Source: Vicugna vicugna (taxonomy: Eukaryota). Taken from it: a stretch of DNA of 64,000 nucleotides. Under the pieces are notes generated by a model that saw only the letters and a program-made list of their open reading frames with translations, ran no database searches and was not told the origin of the DNA. Location: assembly GCA_013265495.1 (NCBI GenBank), contig MU058252.1, positions 2,080,244 to 2,144,243 on the forward strand, written 5' to 3'. Positions within the stretch are counted from its first letter, which is position 1. Every line of letters begins with the position of its first letter. Shown piece after piece: positions 50,846-64,000 of the stretch. The translations under genes were made by a program, and so were the position numbers.

Positions 50846-53800
50846 GCATATGCCATATATAAATAAATAAATAGAAAATGCAACCAGAGATAGCATATTA
50901 TCTTTACCTCTTTTATGTCACTTAATGTGACCAGGATAAAGATTTCCAGTTAGGAAAGGAATTCCTGTGTTTCCACTTTGAGAATATAGTCACGTGCAGG
51001 ATGATTATAGGAGTACATGTTTGTGTATGTGTGGGGAATTCTGGAAGGATACGCAGAAACTCTGGGTGGTGGGGCTGACGGCTGGGGAAAAGGCTGGGAA
51101 TTTGCTTTTCATCCCTGCCTTTCTGTTTGCAGATTTTACTGTGTGAACTTACCACTTTCATAACGGTATCACCTAAAGGCTATAAAGAAAGAAAGGATTC
51201 TGCAAACATAGAATATTTAAAAGACCTGGTTGGAAATCATATTAAAGTCAAATTGAATTAAGACCATAGAAATCTGCATTCGGGGGCAATTCTGATGCAA
51301 GTTCTCTGGAACACTTAAATACAGGTATTCCAAAATGTACGGTTTCTTGGGCTTCTTCCGCGTCGCCCCCAGTGTGCGGTGCAGTTGTGTGGACTTGTTG
51401 TGACTGTGCATTTGTCTTCTTGTTATCTCCATGACGACGTGATTAGTTCGGCAAAAATGCAGGACTGTGAGCAATAATATGAATAATGTTTTGCAACTCG
51501 GGAGCCAGGAGAACCTCAAGCAAAGTGTTGTAATGACTCAAAGCCACATTCCGAGACTTTGCTCAATGTAATAGCTTCTCCTCTCTGTTTATTGCCTTCT
51601 CTTCCCAATGTCCTCCTTCCTTCCTTTGAAATTTGATATGTCCACACTTCTGTCCCCGTTCATTCTACTACACATGCGTCCCACCAAGCATTTAAGGACT
51701 GTCCACCCGTGACAGGTAGTGTTCTGGGCATTGAGAACACCACTTTGGGGTAACCAGAGTCACCACTGGGGGGGTGCACTCACCTGTGCTGCAAACTGGG
51801 CTTTGTGGGTGCCCCTTCCCATGTCACCAGACCTCGTTGTCATGGACTCAGCATGGTGTGGAAGAAGGGAGCAGGAATTGGGCAAATCAAACACGATGAC
51901 TAATTGCTCAGGGCTGTCTTTACGTGCAGCCTTAAATATGGACAGTGGAAACCCCTTCTTACAGTTTCCAGGAGCACATGCTCCTTGTCCAGTGTGGACA
52001 CCCGCTACTCAGCCATCCTGTGTGCTCTGCCATCAGGCGTCCACAGGCAGGGAAGCAAGTGCTTCATCTTGGAAGGGAATTTGGACCAGATTTGTATCTT
52101 GGAACCTGCACTCCATTTCATTATGTGTTTATAGGAAGCTGAAATAGAACAAGGGAAAGTAGATCTGGGCTCAGTGATAATCCACTTGTCTTCTGGTTAC
52201 GGCTGTAATCGTCTATTAAATTGTAGATGTCCTTTCCAATTGTATTAATGTCACTCACCATCCATGGCAATGGGTTGATGTCAGAAACCAGCTGCCAGCC
52301 AGGAGCCCCCAGTGCAGTCAACAAGTTAGAAAGAAATATCTAACCCTTCTCTGAGGTGAGCTTGGAAGGATTTCAAAGCTTCAGTTGGATTTTTGCTTCT
52401 AACCAGAGCCACACCTGCTAAAAACAATCTCATGTTTTTCTCTCTCCTAAAACTAATCTGCGTGCACAACATTTAAAAAAAAAGAAAGAAAAAAACAGTG
52501 ATTGGCTTGCACTGACACTGGACTGTGATCAATGTTCTTGAGAATTTCGCAAGTTTTCTTGAATTTCCAAGAGCAGTTAGACCCCTAAAAGCCGGCCTTT
52601 GGGAGACTGTTTGCCCTGGCAAATCTTCCATCAGAAGTCAGGAAGAAGGCAGCTGAGAGGAAGAATTAGCTCAGAAGTGCAGGACCAAGGGTGGGGGCAG
52701 CATCTCATCTCTCCGAGTTGATTTCCAAGTTGGCCACCACCCGGTTGTGCTGTGCGTATCTTGGGGACAATGGTTTGGAGGATCTGGAATGTGTTGTATT
52801 AAACGTGTGCATCAGAGGTAGCTTTTCATCTCATTCTGAATTTAATATCCTTATGACTTAGGAAATAGTTCTGCATGAGGAAAGGACAATAGCTCAGGAT
52901 ACAGTTCACATATTTTGGCCAAAGAGAAAATACGTCATTTTATTAAATACGGACTGGTTTTACCTCCATGAAATAAAGGGTTGATTCGTGTCTTTGAAGC
53001 AAGCTGTTCCGCATTTATTTGATTCACTTAGTGTCCATAAATACAACGGAATTAGATTTAACATTCTTCCTACATTTTTGCAGACCTCGTTAGAGAAAAA
53101 GGAAATTGTCATGGAATGAATTAACTTAAACTAAAAATCAGCTCAACATAGAAACATTACCATGGACAGGGCCCAGGGACACAGAAGTCAGTCGTGAATG
53201 AGTAACTGTGAGTGAAATATTAAATCTGACCGATGGGGATACCCAAGAAATGTCTGGCCAGGTGTTGCAGTGTCCCAGACTAAGCATGATTGACTGTTTT
53301 CTGTAAACACACTGTTTTTAGAATGGCAACATACACTTCTAAGCATAAATGACTTTATTTCAATTTACAGCCTTTTTGAATAACTTTTACTCTTCCATTT
53401 CCAAGAGACACGTTGTATTGGGAGAGGGGGACAGTTACAATCCCAAAGCTCGTCCGGCTCACGGCAGATGTGCGATGAAATTAGGGGAGAAATTTGCTCC
53501 CAATGTGGCACGGCCAGGGAGTGTTTAACTTTCCCTCGCCTTGTATGGAAAGCTGAGAGCTCTTCATCAACGCTTGGACAGAGATTCAGGCTAGAGGGTT
53601 TCCCTGGCGAAAGCCTGGTGGCTCTCAAGGCCACATTGGAAGTGGGATTAACGATCTCCTAAAGCGCTCATCTCTCACAGACGCTCTAGTGGACGTGCAT
53701 CCATGTTGCCGAAGGGATTCCCCAGAAATCAGCAGAGTGGCTGATGGAAATCGCCTCTTCACTGGAGCCCTGTCTCCAGTCCTTCGTCAGCCGACGTCAG

Positions 53801-56800
53801 TTACACACGGTCTAGACTTGAGCTTCCTTCTGTACAGGCTTGAGCGCAACTTACCCGTGCTCAAGATGTTGGCTGGAATGCATCTGATGGGGAGAGGGGG
53901 GTGAGACTCACTGGTCTGGCTTTGGAATCTCTCTGTGTCTCATGCTTGGGTTCACTCTGCCTTATACACAGTGGTCCTTCGTTATAAGAAGATGGAAATA
54001 CTCCACTCCGAAAGTCCCACTCACTTTAGAACATGCCTGCGCCTTCCCGTCCCATGTCTTGCTCGAGTGTTTCCCGCCCATCGGACCACAGGACGTAGCC
54101 CTCTTTCCTCTCTGCCTCCGTGAGTCCCCGTGGACCCCTTCCGACCTCAGCGGTTTCTAAGCCACACCTTGTCTTAGGACACTAGTGCACTTGGTCTTGT
54201 ATCTTAAACTCAGTTTGTTGCTTAAGAATGTGGGTATGTCCCATCTCCTGGGGCGGAGAGAAAGGGCATGGAGGAAGGGGCGGTCAGTTAACTCCTCTCC
54301 AAGGTGACAGCACTAACAGCGCGGCAGGTCTTTAGCCACATGCTAATCCTTCCGGGCCGCTGTTCCGGAGCAAACAGTCCCCGAGTCACGGTTTCTTTGT
54401 ATGTAATAACTTTACCTGGTTATTCTAAAGATTAAATCATAAAATAAAGAGCCTGCAGCCTGTCTTGCCTAAGGACGGACTGTGGTCGCCCATCTGCTTC
54501 CGGTTCACAGAGCATTTTACCAATGTTATCTCGTCAGAGTCTTGAGACGGTATTATGGGATGGCTGGAACAGGCATTTTTATCTCCACTTGTCAGCTGAG
54601 TAAACTGAAGTGGAGGGTGATTTTTAGACTGACCTGTTAGCAAGCTGGATCTGCTGACACTTTGGAATTTTCACCACGCTTTGGTTCCTTGGCCTATTGA
54701 ATAATTGTTGAGTAAGTAAACAGCGGGAGGCGAGAGGGAGGAGTGTGTCTTTTCATGCAGAGGTGACGTGGTAAACAAGTGGACATCACTCCAGTTAGGT
54801 TCAGTAGCTACATTTTAATACGGAATTTCAGTTTTGGTTGTTTAGGTGAGTGAAGGCAGAACATTTGTATTTGCATCCTGCAGTGTCATTAGCACGTGCT
54901 CAACAAAATAGCTCAGCAACCCAGCACAGCGCTACGCCCGGCACGCGCCCCGCCGGCAAGGACGTTCGGATCGAGAGACGCTGATAGAGCAAGAACTTGC
55001 TCCTCTTGGCCAAAGGGACTTGAAGGTACCGCCCATTCTTATTCTATATGCGGAAAATAGACTGAATAGGTGTGATGTTAACGCATCCAGAGCGGAACTA
55101 ATGGAAGAAAACTGAGTTTATTTCTGTCTAACGTATTGTTCCTTGTCAGTTTCCTTCCTTTGTAATATAATTTTTAGCGGAATGCCTGACAAGTAATTTA
55201 GTGATGGGTGTGATTGATGCTGCTGTGGCTTCTGAGGTGTGCGAGCAGTTACAGGAAGCACTGTTTTGGGCATGAGCTGTCTTCCTGGTGGAGTACGGAG
55301 ACCTAGAAAACTGAAAGACTAAGCTTGCCCTCTGCTGGAATTCAGAATTACACCACTGGCAGTTCTGTGAGCACGGGGAAGGAACGAGCTCTTTATTTAG
55401 CTTCGCCCGTTTAAAATGCCAGCCTCCTTTTACCAAAATGGTTAATCCACGTTAGTGTCTGCTCTAAACATAGATCCAATTACATGAACCGAATGCTCTC
55501 AAGGTGGAACTTCCCAGTTCCCGTGGGAGACGGCTTCGGACAGCAAGCGACCAGGCGGTCTGCAAAGCGAACACAGCGGTGCTTCCTGTTCTCTTACTCA
55601 TTTCGCAACATAGGAGCAACCAACTAACAGGCAGCGGGGAGGCCTGCTTGGTGTGCCGTGGTGTTGGGTACTCAACATAAGCCCAGGAATAAAGTCATGC
55701 CAGAGTCTAAAATGCCATCAATCAAGTGCAGACCTGGGAGCTGAGGGAAAGGTGGTGTGAGAGGCAGGGTGCCGGCCACTGGCCGTTGGGAGAAACTGTT
55801 CTCCCAGCTCACTGGCTCTGAGCATCACCAGGACGGTTGTCCAGGTCGTGATGTTATCGCAGCACCTGCTGCTGGACCGCTCCATGACGTGAGGGCTGCA
55901 GCCTGGGAGACCTGGGGTGGATGCAGGTGAAGGTAGAACATATGGCTCAGCTGGGAGGTAAGACGCTGACCGCTGACTTGAGGCACGGGAAAGTGCAGTC
56001 CTGATCTGTCCTCTCCTTCCAGCTAAACGTGGTTTCGTCCTCTTCCTGACGTGACCTCCAGCATCCGCCAGCTCCTGCCTGTCTTGTGCTGTAATGTGAA
56101 CATTTATATCTGCACACTCAGTAGTGCGCAGACTTCAGAATCCGGAAAACAGGAAGTTTTCCAGGCCAAAAGCTAATGCAAATCAACAAATCAAATCGCT
56201 GCCTGGGTCTTCGGGCTCAAGTCTTTCTCAGCTTTTATTGCATTTGGCCAAAGGTTCAGCAAGAAAATAGTGTCATGTTATGTATCAGAGCTAGAAGAGT
56301 ACGCATCCGAGGGACGAACACAGAACAGCACCTCCCAGACCTGCACCTCACCTTGCTTTTTAGGCCTTAGTGTCTGAAATAGCAGTTTGCTCTGATTCCA
56401 GAGGAGCCAGGGTGAAGTGGGTCTGAAGGTTCCGTTCGCCACCATGGAGGACATTATGCAACGTGACTTTCCCGGTTTTAAGAGCAGAAACCGGCCCCTG
56501 TTCTCCAGACCACGGCGTTCTACTACAAAGACGGGATAATGGCACGTCCCCCGTTGACAGAAAATAGTCAGAGGATTACAGGTTGTAGATTTTTCCAGTC
56601 TTTCTCTCAATACTTTTCATAAAACTTCAGTGCCTCCCGGGACTCACCTGCGCCGGAAGGGAACCTGTTGGTCTGGATGAGGCATGATGCATGTTTAGAT
56701 GGAGATATTTTTAAGTTTAATGCATCTTGGTGTTTCGTAGCCAGGTCGTGAAGTCCTGAGCCCTTCCGGGGGGACAAATCTCAGATTCACTCTGAATGCC

Positions 56801-58553
56801 AGTTAAAATTATTCTCAAGGTTCAGATAGATTGTGAAAATAAAAGATGTCTGGGTTGCGCTCTTTCTGGGTGCCCCTAAGACAGAGGCTTCAGGGTAGCC
56901 TCGGGTCCACCCAGAGGTCCAGCAGCTTCTGTTCTGGCCACGGCCACACCTGCACACCCGGCAGAGACACGGTGTGGCTGTTGCGTGGTAACTCCGGACC
57001 TCCAGGGGTCTGCTGATGATCAGTGAGGTCACTGGGCAAGAGTCCACAGGGCTTCTCTTGGAGCATCATCACTTCTCAGCACCGGGAGGTTACACGGGAT
57101 TCTGGCTCAAGGAAAATGGGAATGTGTGAGTAATTTTCTTTTCCCGAATATGGAAGCTGTCGGTTCTAATAGAATGTTGTGCAATTTTAAATCTACCAAA
57201 AAGGAGGGTGGTTGTTCTTCATCTGGTGTTCACAGGAACAGCTGTGAGTTGCCGGCTGTCAGCCCCGTGCCCCTCGTGTTTCAGAGGGTGACTAAGTATT
57301 GCAGCAAACCTGCACAGCAGATACTACTACCTCGAGGGTTACTTTTAAAGACGATGGAGGCTCGGCCAACTTAAAGTGTGTCACCCAATTTGCCCGGCTG
57401 GAAAATAGCCGAGGCAGGGCTGGGACTCGGGTTTGTCTGGGACTGAAGCTCACGTTGTGCCCCGTCACCCCTCCAGGAAGCATGCTAATTAAAAAACCCT
57501 TTATCTTCGCAGAATAAATGCATTTCAGCACCAACACAGAACCAGTTTTCTACCGTCTGACTGAATATATAAAGAGCCAGTGATCGCCTTTCCAGAGACC
57601 GTGCACTTTTACAGCTCTTTGTCAGAGGCCACTACGTGCATCGCAGGGGAGTATGAAGGAAGGGAGCTTTGGGGGCAGCTACGTAGGAGGGGGAAGCAAG
57701 AGTAATCCTGGGTGAAATAAGTGGGACCAGCATGCACGTTCCCAAGCAGCAGGAGACGTGCGCCTTCACGTTACGCTGCAGTCCTCACACGGTCATCCTA
57801 GAGACAAAAGGGGGACTTCGGGCAGAACGGGACCAGGCATCTCACCGGGCACGGGGTTCTCCGGACACCGCGGTCCAGGCCCCAGACTGACTGCTGAGTC
57901 AGCGTCCCGGAGACGGGAGCCTGCACTCCCTCACCCGGCGCAGAACTCCGCCTGCGGGCGGGGCGGCCTTCTCTCAGCTCTGTGCCGGCCTCGGCTCTGC
58001 GTTTCAGTGACTCCGGGCCTCAGATGTTGGTGGAAGTTACCAAGCACTGACAAAGCTGGGGGTTAACTCTGCCCCGACTGAGTCAGGTAGAAAGACGTGA
58101 GGATTGTGTTATTAGATCACTGCTGCTGAAAGGAGAGAGAGAGAAAATAAAGAGAAACAGAGATGAAGGGGAGGACAGGATGGGGTGCTGAGCAATCAGG
58201 AACGCTGGGGAGTTGCTGAGAGGATGCGCTGACTGAAATGACGGAGACCAAGCTCAGGGCCAAAGAACTCACATCGAGTGCCACATGCCACCTGTCGCAG
58301 CTCCATTTCTTGGTGTAGGAAGTGGGAGACTTTCCTCACACTTGAACAAGAAAGCAGCCAGTGTGACCTCAAACACGGGAGTACCTTTTGCCTGAAGCTG
58401 ATGTAGCTGGAAGATGGCGTTTGCTTTCGCTTAAACTAAAATAATGCAATAATATCTCTCTGATGGTTTGAGTTGTAAATGAAATTCTTCCCCATTAAAA
58501 ACTGAGAAGTTAGGAGCACCGTAGCTTTCGGGTAACATTCAGTGCTCAAAACC

Positions 58554-58732
58554 AGTGGTCCTCAAACTTGCCACCGGAATCACCCGCAGGGCTTGTTCAA
58601 CCAGGTTGTCGGCGCCTCCCCCAGAGTTTCTGACTCCAGGGATCGGTGCAAAGTCCAGGAATTCGTGTTTCTAACAAGTTCCCAGGTGGTGGTGGTGCTG
58701 CTGGTCCGAGGTCCACACTGGGGAACCCCGCT
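58554..58732. mobile_element. MER5A hAT-Charlie MITE
   Basis: cagtggtcctcaaacttg...agagtttctgactcc...tttctaacaagttcccaggtg...ccacactggggaacc; near full length. Confidence 0.85.
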
Positions 58733-58829
58733 CCACGGCGATGCCTTGAAAGCCGTGATGAGCTTGCTTTGCAACATACTCTTCTGTTTTTAGTCCCTTT
58801 GGAGAAGATGATCTAAGAGGAAGAGCTAT

Positions 58830-58850
58830 ACTTCAATTAAAAAAAAAAAA
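58830..58850 (+). mobile_element. Ultra-short L1 3' terminal insertion
   Basis: (ctat)acttcaatt + A12 equals the extreme L1 3' end seen in other copies (e.g. gtacttcaataaaaaa at ~61691); flanked by AAGAGCTAT / AAAAGCTAT. Confidence 0.6.
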
Positions 58851-59354
58851 GCTATGAATTCTTATACTGGTCTCACTGAATAGAAGAAAACAAAGGGTAA
58901 TCTGCCAATCATATTTCATCTGGCAGGTTAAACCCAACATAAATACACAGGCAGCGGGACACGACTCACCTCTCTGGGCTTCTCAGGTGTACATGTTGTC
59001 TCTTTGCTGAGGCCTCGAGGGCGTGACTCCCGGGCAGAGATTTCGCAGTGGGACGACGAGGAGGAAGGACACGCAGGTGAGTCTGGGGGCCTGGAGACCT
59101 GCACCTTGGGAGGCGACTTTGCCCACGCTGAGCTCTGCGGCCCCTCCTGGGCAGGTTCGCCCCATCGCAGAAGATCACAGCAGAGGGACGCTTCCACCGG
59201 GACAGGCCTTTTCTCCTCTTTCAGGTCACGGCTGCGTATGCAGAGATCCCTCCTTCACTTACCCCCGGGGGGGAGACACATTTTCACAGTGGACACAAGT
59301 GAAATCTTCCCGGGTGACTGCATGCAGATGCCTGCTAGTGAGGGGAGGATGGAG

Positions 59355-59535
59355 CCGTGGTCCTCAAACCCGAAGCACCAAGATTACCTGGGGGCTGACT
59401 CATTAGCGAGCAGGTTGCTGGGACCCCGCCCCGAGCTTCTGACTCAAGTCAGGGCCTGGTGCTGGGGCTCTGAGATCTGAGCTTCTGATTTCTGAGTGAG
59501 GGGGTTGCCACTGGTCTGCACTTTGAGAACCAGGG
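59355..59535. mobile_element. MER5A-like hAT MITE
   Basis: ccgtggtcctcaaacc...gctgggaccccgccccgagcttctgactca...cactttgagaaccag. Confidence 0.75.
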
Positions 59536-61504
59536 TCTGGATCAAACACACGTGGAAAAATTCGACACTGACCAAGTGGAGGTGATTATTCAGAGCAGCA
59601 CAGACACGTGCCTTGTATCATCCAGCAGTGACAGCTTCCATCACCGTCAGGTCCCCACGTCTGTGCGAGAAAGAAATAATTTTACCGTATGTTTCAGTTT
59701 GCTACTTTGACGTTGTACAAGGGCAAAATTTAAATAAGATGCTGGTTTTGACGAAGACCACCTCTCACATTTAGAATAGTACGCCATTCCAGCTTGATTC
59801 GTCCAATTTGTTGCAAACACAGGGGATTGTCGAAATTTTGGTTATTGCTCTGAGTTGCGAAGTGCGTAAGAATCTCAGAGAAAAAGGACACACTGCCCAG
59901 AAGTTCCCAGTTTAGGAAAGGGTGCGTGCATGTGAAGACTCTTCATGTGGCTTCCAGTGTTAGATCACAGACATTGCAGTACTGAGTTTAAATTTATTTA
60001 ATCCTCTAGTAACAGTTCTTACCCTTTTCTTAAAGCGACTCATGCATTTTACCCTGTAATTTGATTGTATTACTTGCATTAATTTGATATTATGTAGGAA
60101 ATTTCCTGGGGACAGGATAAAAGTTAAAAAAAATTCTCCTGATATTTAGGTATTTAGCCAGAGCCTCACACATAATGGGTAGTTAACACTTAACTCATTA
60201 AATCAAAGTTTTAGCCCCAGTCTCTTAGAATGGGAAAGTGACTTGGAAATGAACAACCAGAGCTGGAAATGAGAGGCTCTGTGAGATGCAGTGCAAAGGA
60301 GACTGAGGGGAGAGGACATCGAGCAGGGTCTGCTGGAAAAGCATCTCACGTCCCAGACAGAAGGGATTCCGATGGAGACTGCATCTTTGTGCCCAAACAG
60401 TTCATGGGCAAAGACAGCAGATGTTTCTGCCTGGGATTCAGTAAGTGGCATCACGGGCCCTTGATGGGGGTGGTGTTTCCTCCAGCAGTAAAGCCCTTGC
60501 CCCCGCGTCCTCACTTCATGGACTGAGGCGTTCAAGAGAACTTTTCTTACTGAGCTGAGCCGATGAACCGAGAGGCAGAGGTGTGTCCGAGAAACAGAGA
60601 ACTCTGAGGAGCCCTGATCCATCCCGGAAGTGACGCCCAGTGAGAAATCAGGTGGAAAACTCTTCCTCTCGTAAGAGAGACAAGTAAAGACTAGAAGGAG
60701 AGCAGCAGCCCGCCCGCAGCACCTCCTCCGCAGGCCGCCATCTGCACCGCAAAGAGGACAGAAGACCCCTGCAATACAGTGAAATTAACACCAGCCGAAC
60801 TCACAAGCAAATCACTGATAACCCAAATGTCTTCATCAATACTGCAGAATGATGGAGGCCACTTAAGCAGGGTGGGACATATTTTGGAGAAAATGAATTC
60901 CCAGTCTTGAAACACTTTTGATTTCATTGCTTATAGACAGAGATGCTCCTGTTACTCTGAAAGTCAGACTATCACTTATTTTATCACCTGCTTCCATGAG
61001 TAACCTCCAGCACATGTCACAGTGGAAGCCTCAGTTCATGTAGGACGAGTGGTGGGAAGACTGGAGCCACCTTGTCTTGTTTACTTCCCACTCCGCACTC
61101 CCCCTGCCCCATTTCAAGTGCAAGTTCAGCCTGCTCCAGCTCATTCTTCTTGTGCTGAATGAGGCATCGCGTTAAATTTTCTAAATACAAATTAAAGAGG
61201 ATCTCTGTATTACCAGGAAGATTTGTGTCTTGTTAAACAATATAGTGGTTTGAGTCCAGTGAGTCTGCAAGAACTGCTCCAACCAAATTGGTTGTGCCTA
61301 TATTTTAAAATCCTTTTGCATTTTGCTTGTACATTCTACACAAATGCATAAATCTTAAAGCAACTAGAGTCAGCTGAAAAAAGAAATGAGCTAAGCATTT
61401 AGCATGAATAAAAGATATCTGAGGAAACAGGCCGAGGAGCATTGGGAAGAGACTCAGATGAGTAGCAGTAACTGATGAGCTGATTTAACATTTCAAGAAA
61501 AGAG

Positions 61505-61720
61505 AAGTTTGGGATTAACAGATACACACTACTGTATATAAAATAGATGAACAACAAGGACCTACTGTACAGCACAGGGAACTATATTCAATACCTTGTA
61601 ATAACATAATGGAAAGAGTCTGAAAAAAGTATGTATCTGTATAACTGAATTGCTTGGCTGTACACCTGAAACTAACGTCATAAATCAACTGTACTTCAAT
61701 AAAAAACAAAGTTTAAAAAG
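61505..61720 (+). mobile_element. L1 3'UTR tail fragment
   Basis: gtttgggattaacagatacacactactgtatataaaatagatgaacaacaaggacctactgtacagcacagggaac...aaatcaactgtacttcaataaaaaa. Confidence 0.92.
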
Positions 61721-62769
61721 TAAAAGTACTGGAAAAAAGAAACGAGGAGTCTGGCAGCCACTGCACATCGTGTGTTTCCTTTCTGTGTAAAATATTTATC
61801 TTCCCAAAGAAACTTCCAAATGCAAAGGAACTGTCAGTGTGTGTTTTTAAGCGTTACATGCTCCTGTACGATTCACTAATTGAATGTGAGTCCATGTTCT
61901 TGGCTTCTCCTTGACGGCCAAGTGAAAATGAAGACCAAATGATTCTGAGGCGGAGGGAGTTACCGTGAAACATAAATAGATGAAAACAAGAGCTTTTGGT
62001 ACAAACAGGTGTTTCCCGTAACTGAACGTCAAGTACGCATATGTAAGTCTTTCGATTAATACTGCAAACCTGCCCTCCAGAAAGGTCACACAAGTTTGCA
62101 GTCCGAGGAGCAGCAGACAGAGGTGCTACCAAACTTGCCCCACATGAAGCCAGTTTAGGGTTACATGGAGAAATAGCTCAGCATTGGCTTAACTTGCGTT
62201 ATTTTCATTGTATGCTGTCAGTTGTGTTTCTTCTTTCTAATTTACTGTTCTCAGTCTTTGCCAATCATTTTGACTAAGATAGTTGATCAATAATTAATAT
62301 ATCAGCTCCTCTAAATCAATATTCTTGTGGTTAATATTTTTATTATTTGCCTTTTAGTTTTTCTCCCTTTTTTTGAAATATTTTATTTTTGTGTTTTGCA
62401 TTCCACTTTCTCCTCTATGGTTTCTGCCTATTTATTCATGTTTAGAACTGCTTCTCTCTTCCAATATTGTATAAATTTTTATCTTAATTTTCTTGTAGTC
62501 CCTTTATGAAGGGGAGTTATTCTCTTATTTACAGGCACTGTAATTTGAATTGTGTGTAATTTTCACAAAAATATGAATTTCCACAAAAAAGAAAATACTC
62601 TTCATCTTCTGTTTTTTTCCCCAACAATTCAAAGGCATAAACGACAATCTTATCTCACATGCTGTACTTGGAGCTCTGAAGCTTGCTCTGTAGCGCAGTC
62701 CTCTCTCAGGATGCCAGGCAGGGCAGTGAGCGCAGTCCCCAGGCAGCCCCGTGATCACGAGGGGAAACC

Positions 62770-63063
62770 ACGATGCTCTGACCACCGTTCTGGACCCAGA
62801 CAGACGTGCCACTTTCCACTGTCAGTACAGCCTCCAGTAAATTCCACGAGATGCTCAACTCTTACTATAGAATAGGCTTTGTGCTAGAGGGTTTTGCCCA
62901 CCTGTAGGCTAATGGGAGAGTTCTGAGCACGGGTAAGGCGGGCTGGGCTAAGCTGTGATGTGCGGTGGGGGAGGTGTAGTAAATGCATTTTTCACTTAGG
63001 ATATTTTCAGTTCAACAGTGGGCTTATGGGGAAGTAACTCCATTGTAAGTCAGGAGAGATCTG
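62770..63063 (-). mobile_element. TcMar-Tigger MITE (MER47-like)
   Basis: aataggctttgtgctagagggttttgcccacctgtaggctaatg...aaatgcatttttcacttaggatattttcagttc...ccattgtaagtcaggagagatctg matches the reverse complement of the recalled consensus. Confidence 0.75.
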
Positions 63064-63129
63064 TGCTTCGATTGTTTAAATTATTATCATTCATTTATTT
63101 ACTCTTTTCTTTCTCTTGAATAAGTACAT

Positions 63130-64000
63130 ATGAGTGGAATCCTTCCTCACAGGACGGGGGCATGTTTCACTCTATAACACCCCACCTAGAGCCTTTCCAA
63201 ATTCATTGCCTGTAGTTTCTCCCCCCAGTCCAGTGACGGAGGAGCCTTTCAGGGGCTTCACATCCACCTCAGCACTTGGTCAGTTTTATTTCAGCCATTC
63301 TAATTCATTTTTAATTTTTTCCCCTGATAATGTAAAATATGAACAACTTCTTTTTTCCCTGTGCTTATAGGCTTCTTAAATTAATTCTCTTTTTGTTCAG
63401 ATCCTTTTACACCTTGCTACTGGTGGTTTATCTTTCTGCTGTTGATTTGTAGGAACTCTGTATATTCTGGATACAAGACCTTTGCCAGATGTATGCATGC
63501 AAGTGTATTCTCCTAGTCTGCCTTTCATTCTCCTAATGGTGTCTTTTGATGAGTAAAAGCTGTCAGTATTGATGAAGTCCAGTTTATCTGTGCATGTGAG
63601 TGTGTGTGTGTGTGTTAACTTCTTTATGTGTCTTTTCTGAGAAATGTATTTAGACCCGTTTTAGGGTCCAGCATGTGCGCTTCTTCAGTGGAAGTTCACG
63701 TGTCTCAACCATCTCTCCTCTCCTTCCGGAGCTCCAGTTATACATGTGTTTGATCACGTGATGTCTCGGACTTCAACCAGCCTCTGTTCTCTTTGTTTGA
63801 TCTTTTCTTTTCTCCTCTCTGTTCTTCAGACTGGATAAAAACTGTTGATCTATCCTCAAGTCCACAGACTATTTCTCCAGCCATCTCCAATCAGGTGCTA
63901 AGAACGTCCAGTGATTTTTTTAAATTTCAGATATTTTTTCAGTTCTCCGATCCCCACTTATTTTTTATACTGCACATTTCTCTGCTAGGACCACCCATCT
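63130..64000 (-). mobile_element. Ancient L1M fragments (ORF2 3' region ~63130-63660; ORF1-like region ~63700-64000)
   Basis: tgtatattctggatacaagacctttgccagatgtatg...gtcttttgatgagtaaaag and ctctctgttcttcagactggata...ttgatctatcctcaagtccacagact are typical antisense L1M motifs. Confidence 0.65.

Larger units (their letters stand above)
5278..64000 (+). other. DPP6: 5' part of DPP6 intron 1 (downstream of exon 1a)
   Basis: Starts at the GTAAGG donor. No sequence encoding the shared exon 2 or other recalled DPP6 first exons (K, L, S) was recognised. Repeat-rich, consistent with the known very long DPP6 5' introns. Confidence 0.75.

Noticed and set aside
57524..57543. RE1-like TTCAGCACCAACACAGAACC
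   Set aside because: The left half matches, but the GGACAG core and spacing are broken.

Overview
Mammalian genomic DNA, most likely camelid (inferred from tRNA-Ala-derived Vic-1-type SINEs and cetartiodactyl-type L1 3' tails). The only protein-coding sequence I can support is a 60-nt first coding exon at 5218-5277 ([20 protein letters not shown], donor AAG|GTAAGG) inside a CpG island (~4350-6000). I recognise it as the alternative first exon of DPP6 isoform a/E, a Kv4 channel auxiliary subunit. The remaining ~58.7 kb appears to be the start of the very large first intron; I did not see the shared exon 2 (ELVGSNPPQRNWKG...). The intron is filled with L1 fragments, SINEs, LTRs, MER5/Tigger DNA transposon relics, L2/MIR and simple repeats, and the other ORF-track entries look like noise or L1 remnants. 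No prokaryotic-type system or CRISPR array is present. The most unusual items are: (i) a ~305-bp TSD-flanked L1 derivative in which the first ~160 nt of the 5'UTR join the last ~145 nt of the 3'UTR at an AG, a possible spliced, ORF-less retrotransposed L1; (ii) a young ~251-bp tandem duplication whose junction assembles a candidate poison exon in the DPP6 sense orientation; (iii) a 10-bp-period minisatellite carrying 15 CAGGTG E-boxes. Repeat family names are from recall of consensus sequences, and repeat boundaries are approximate unless TSDs are given.
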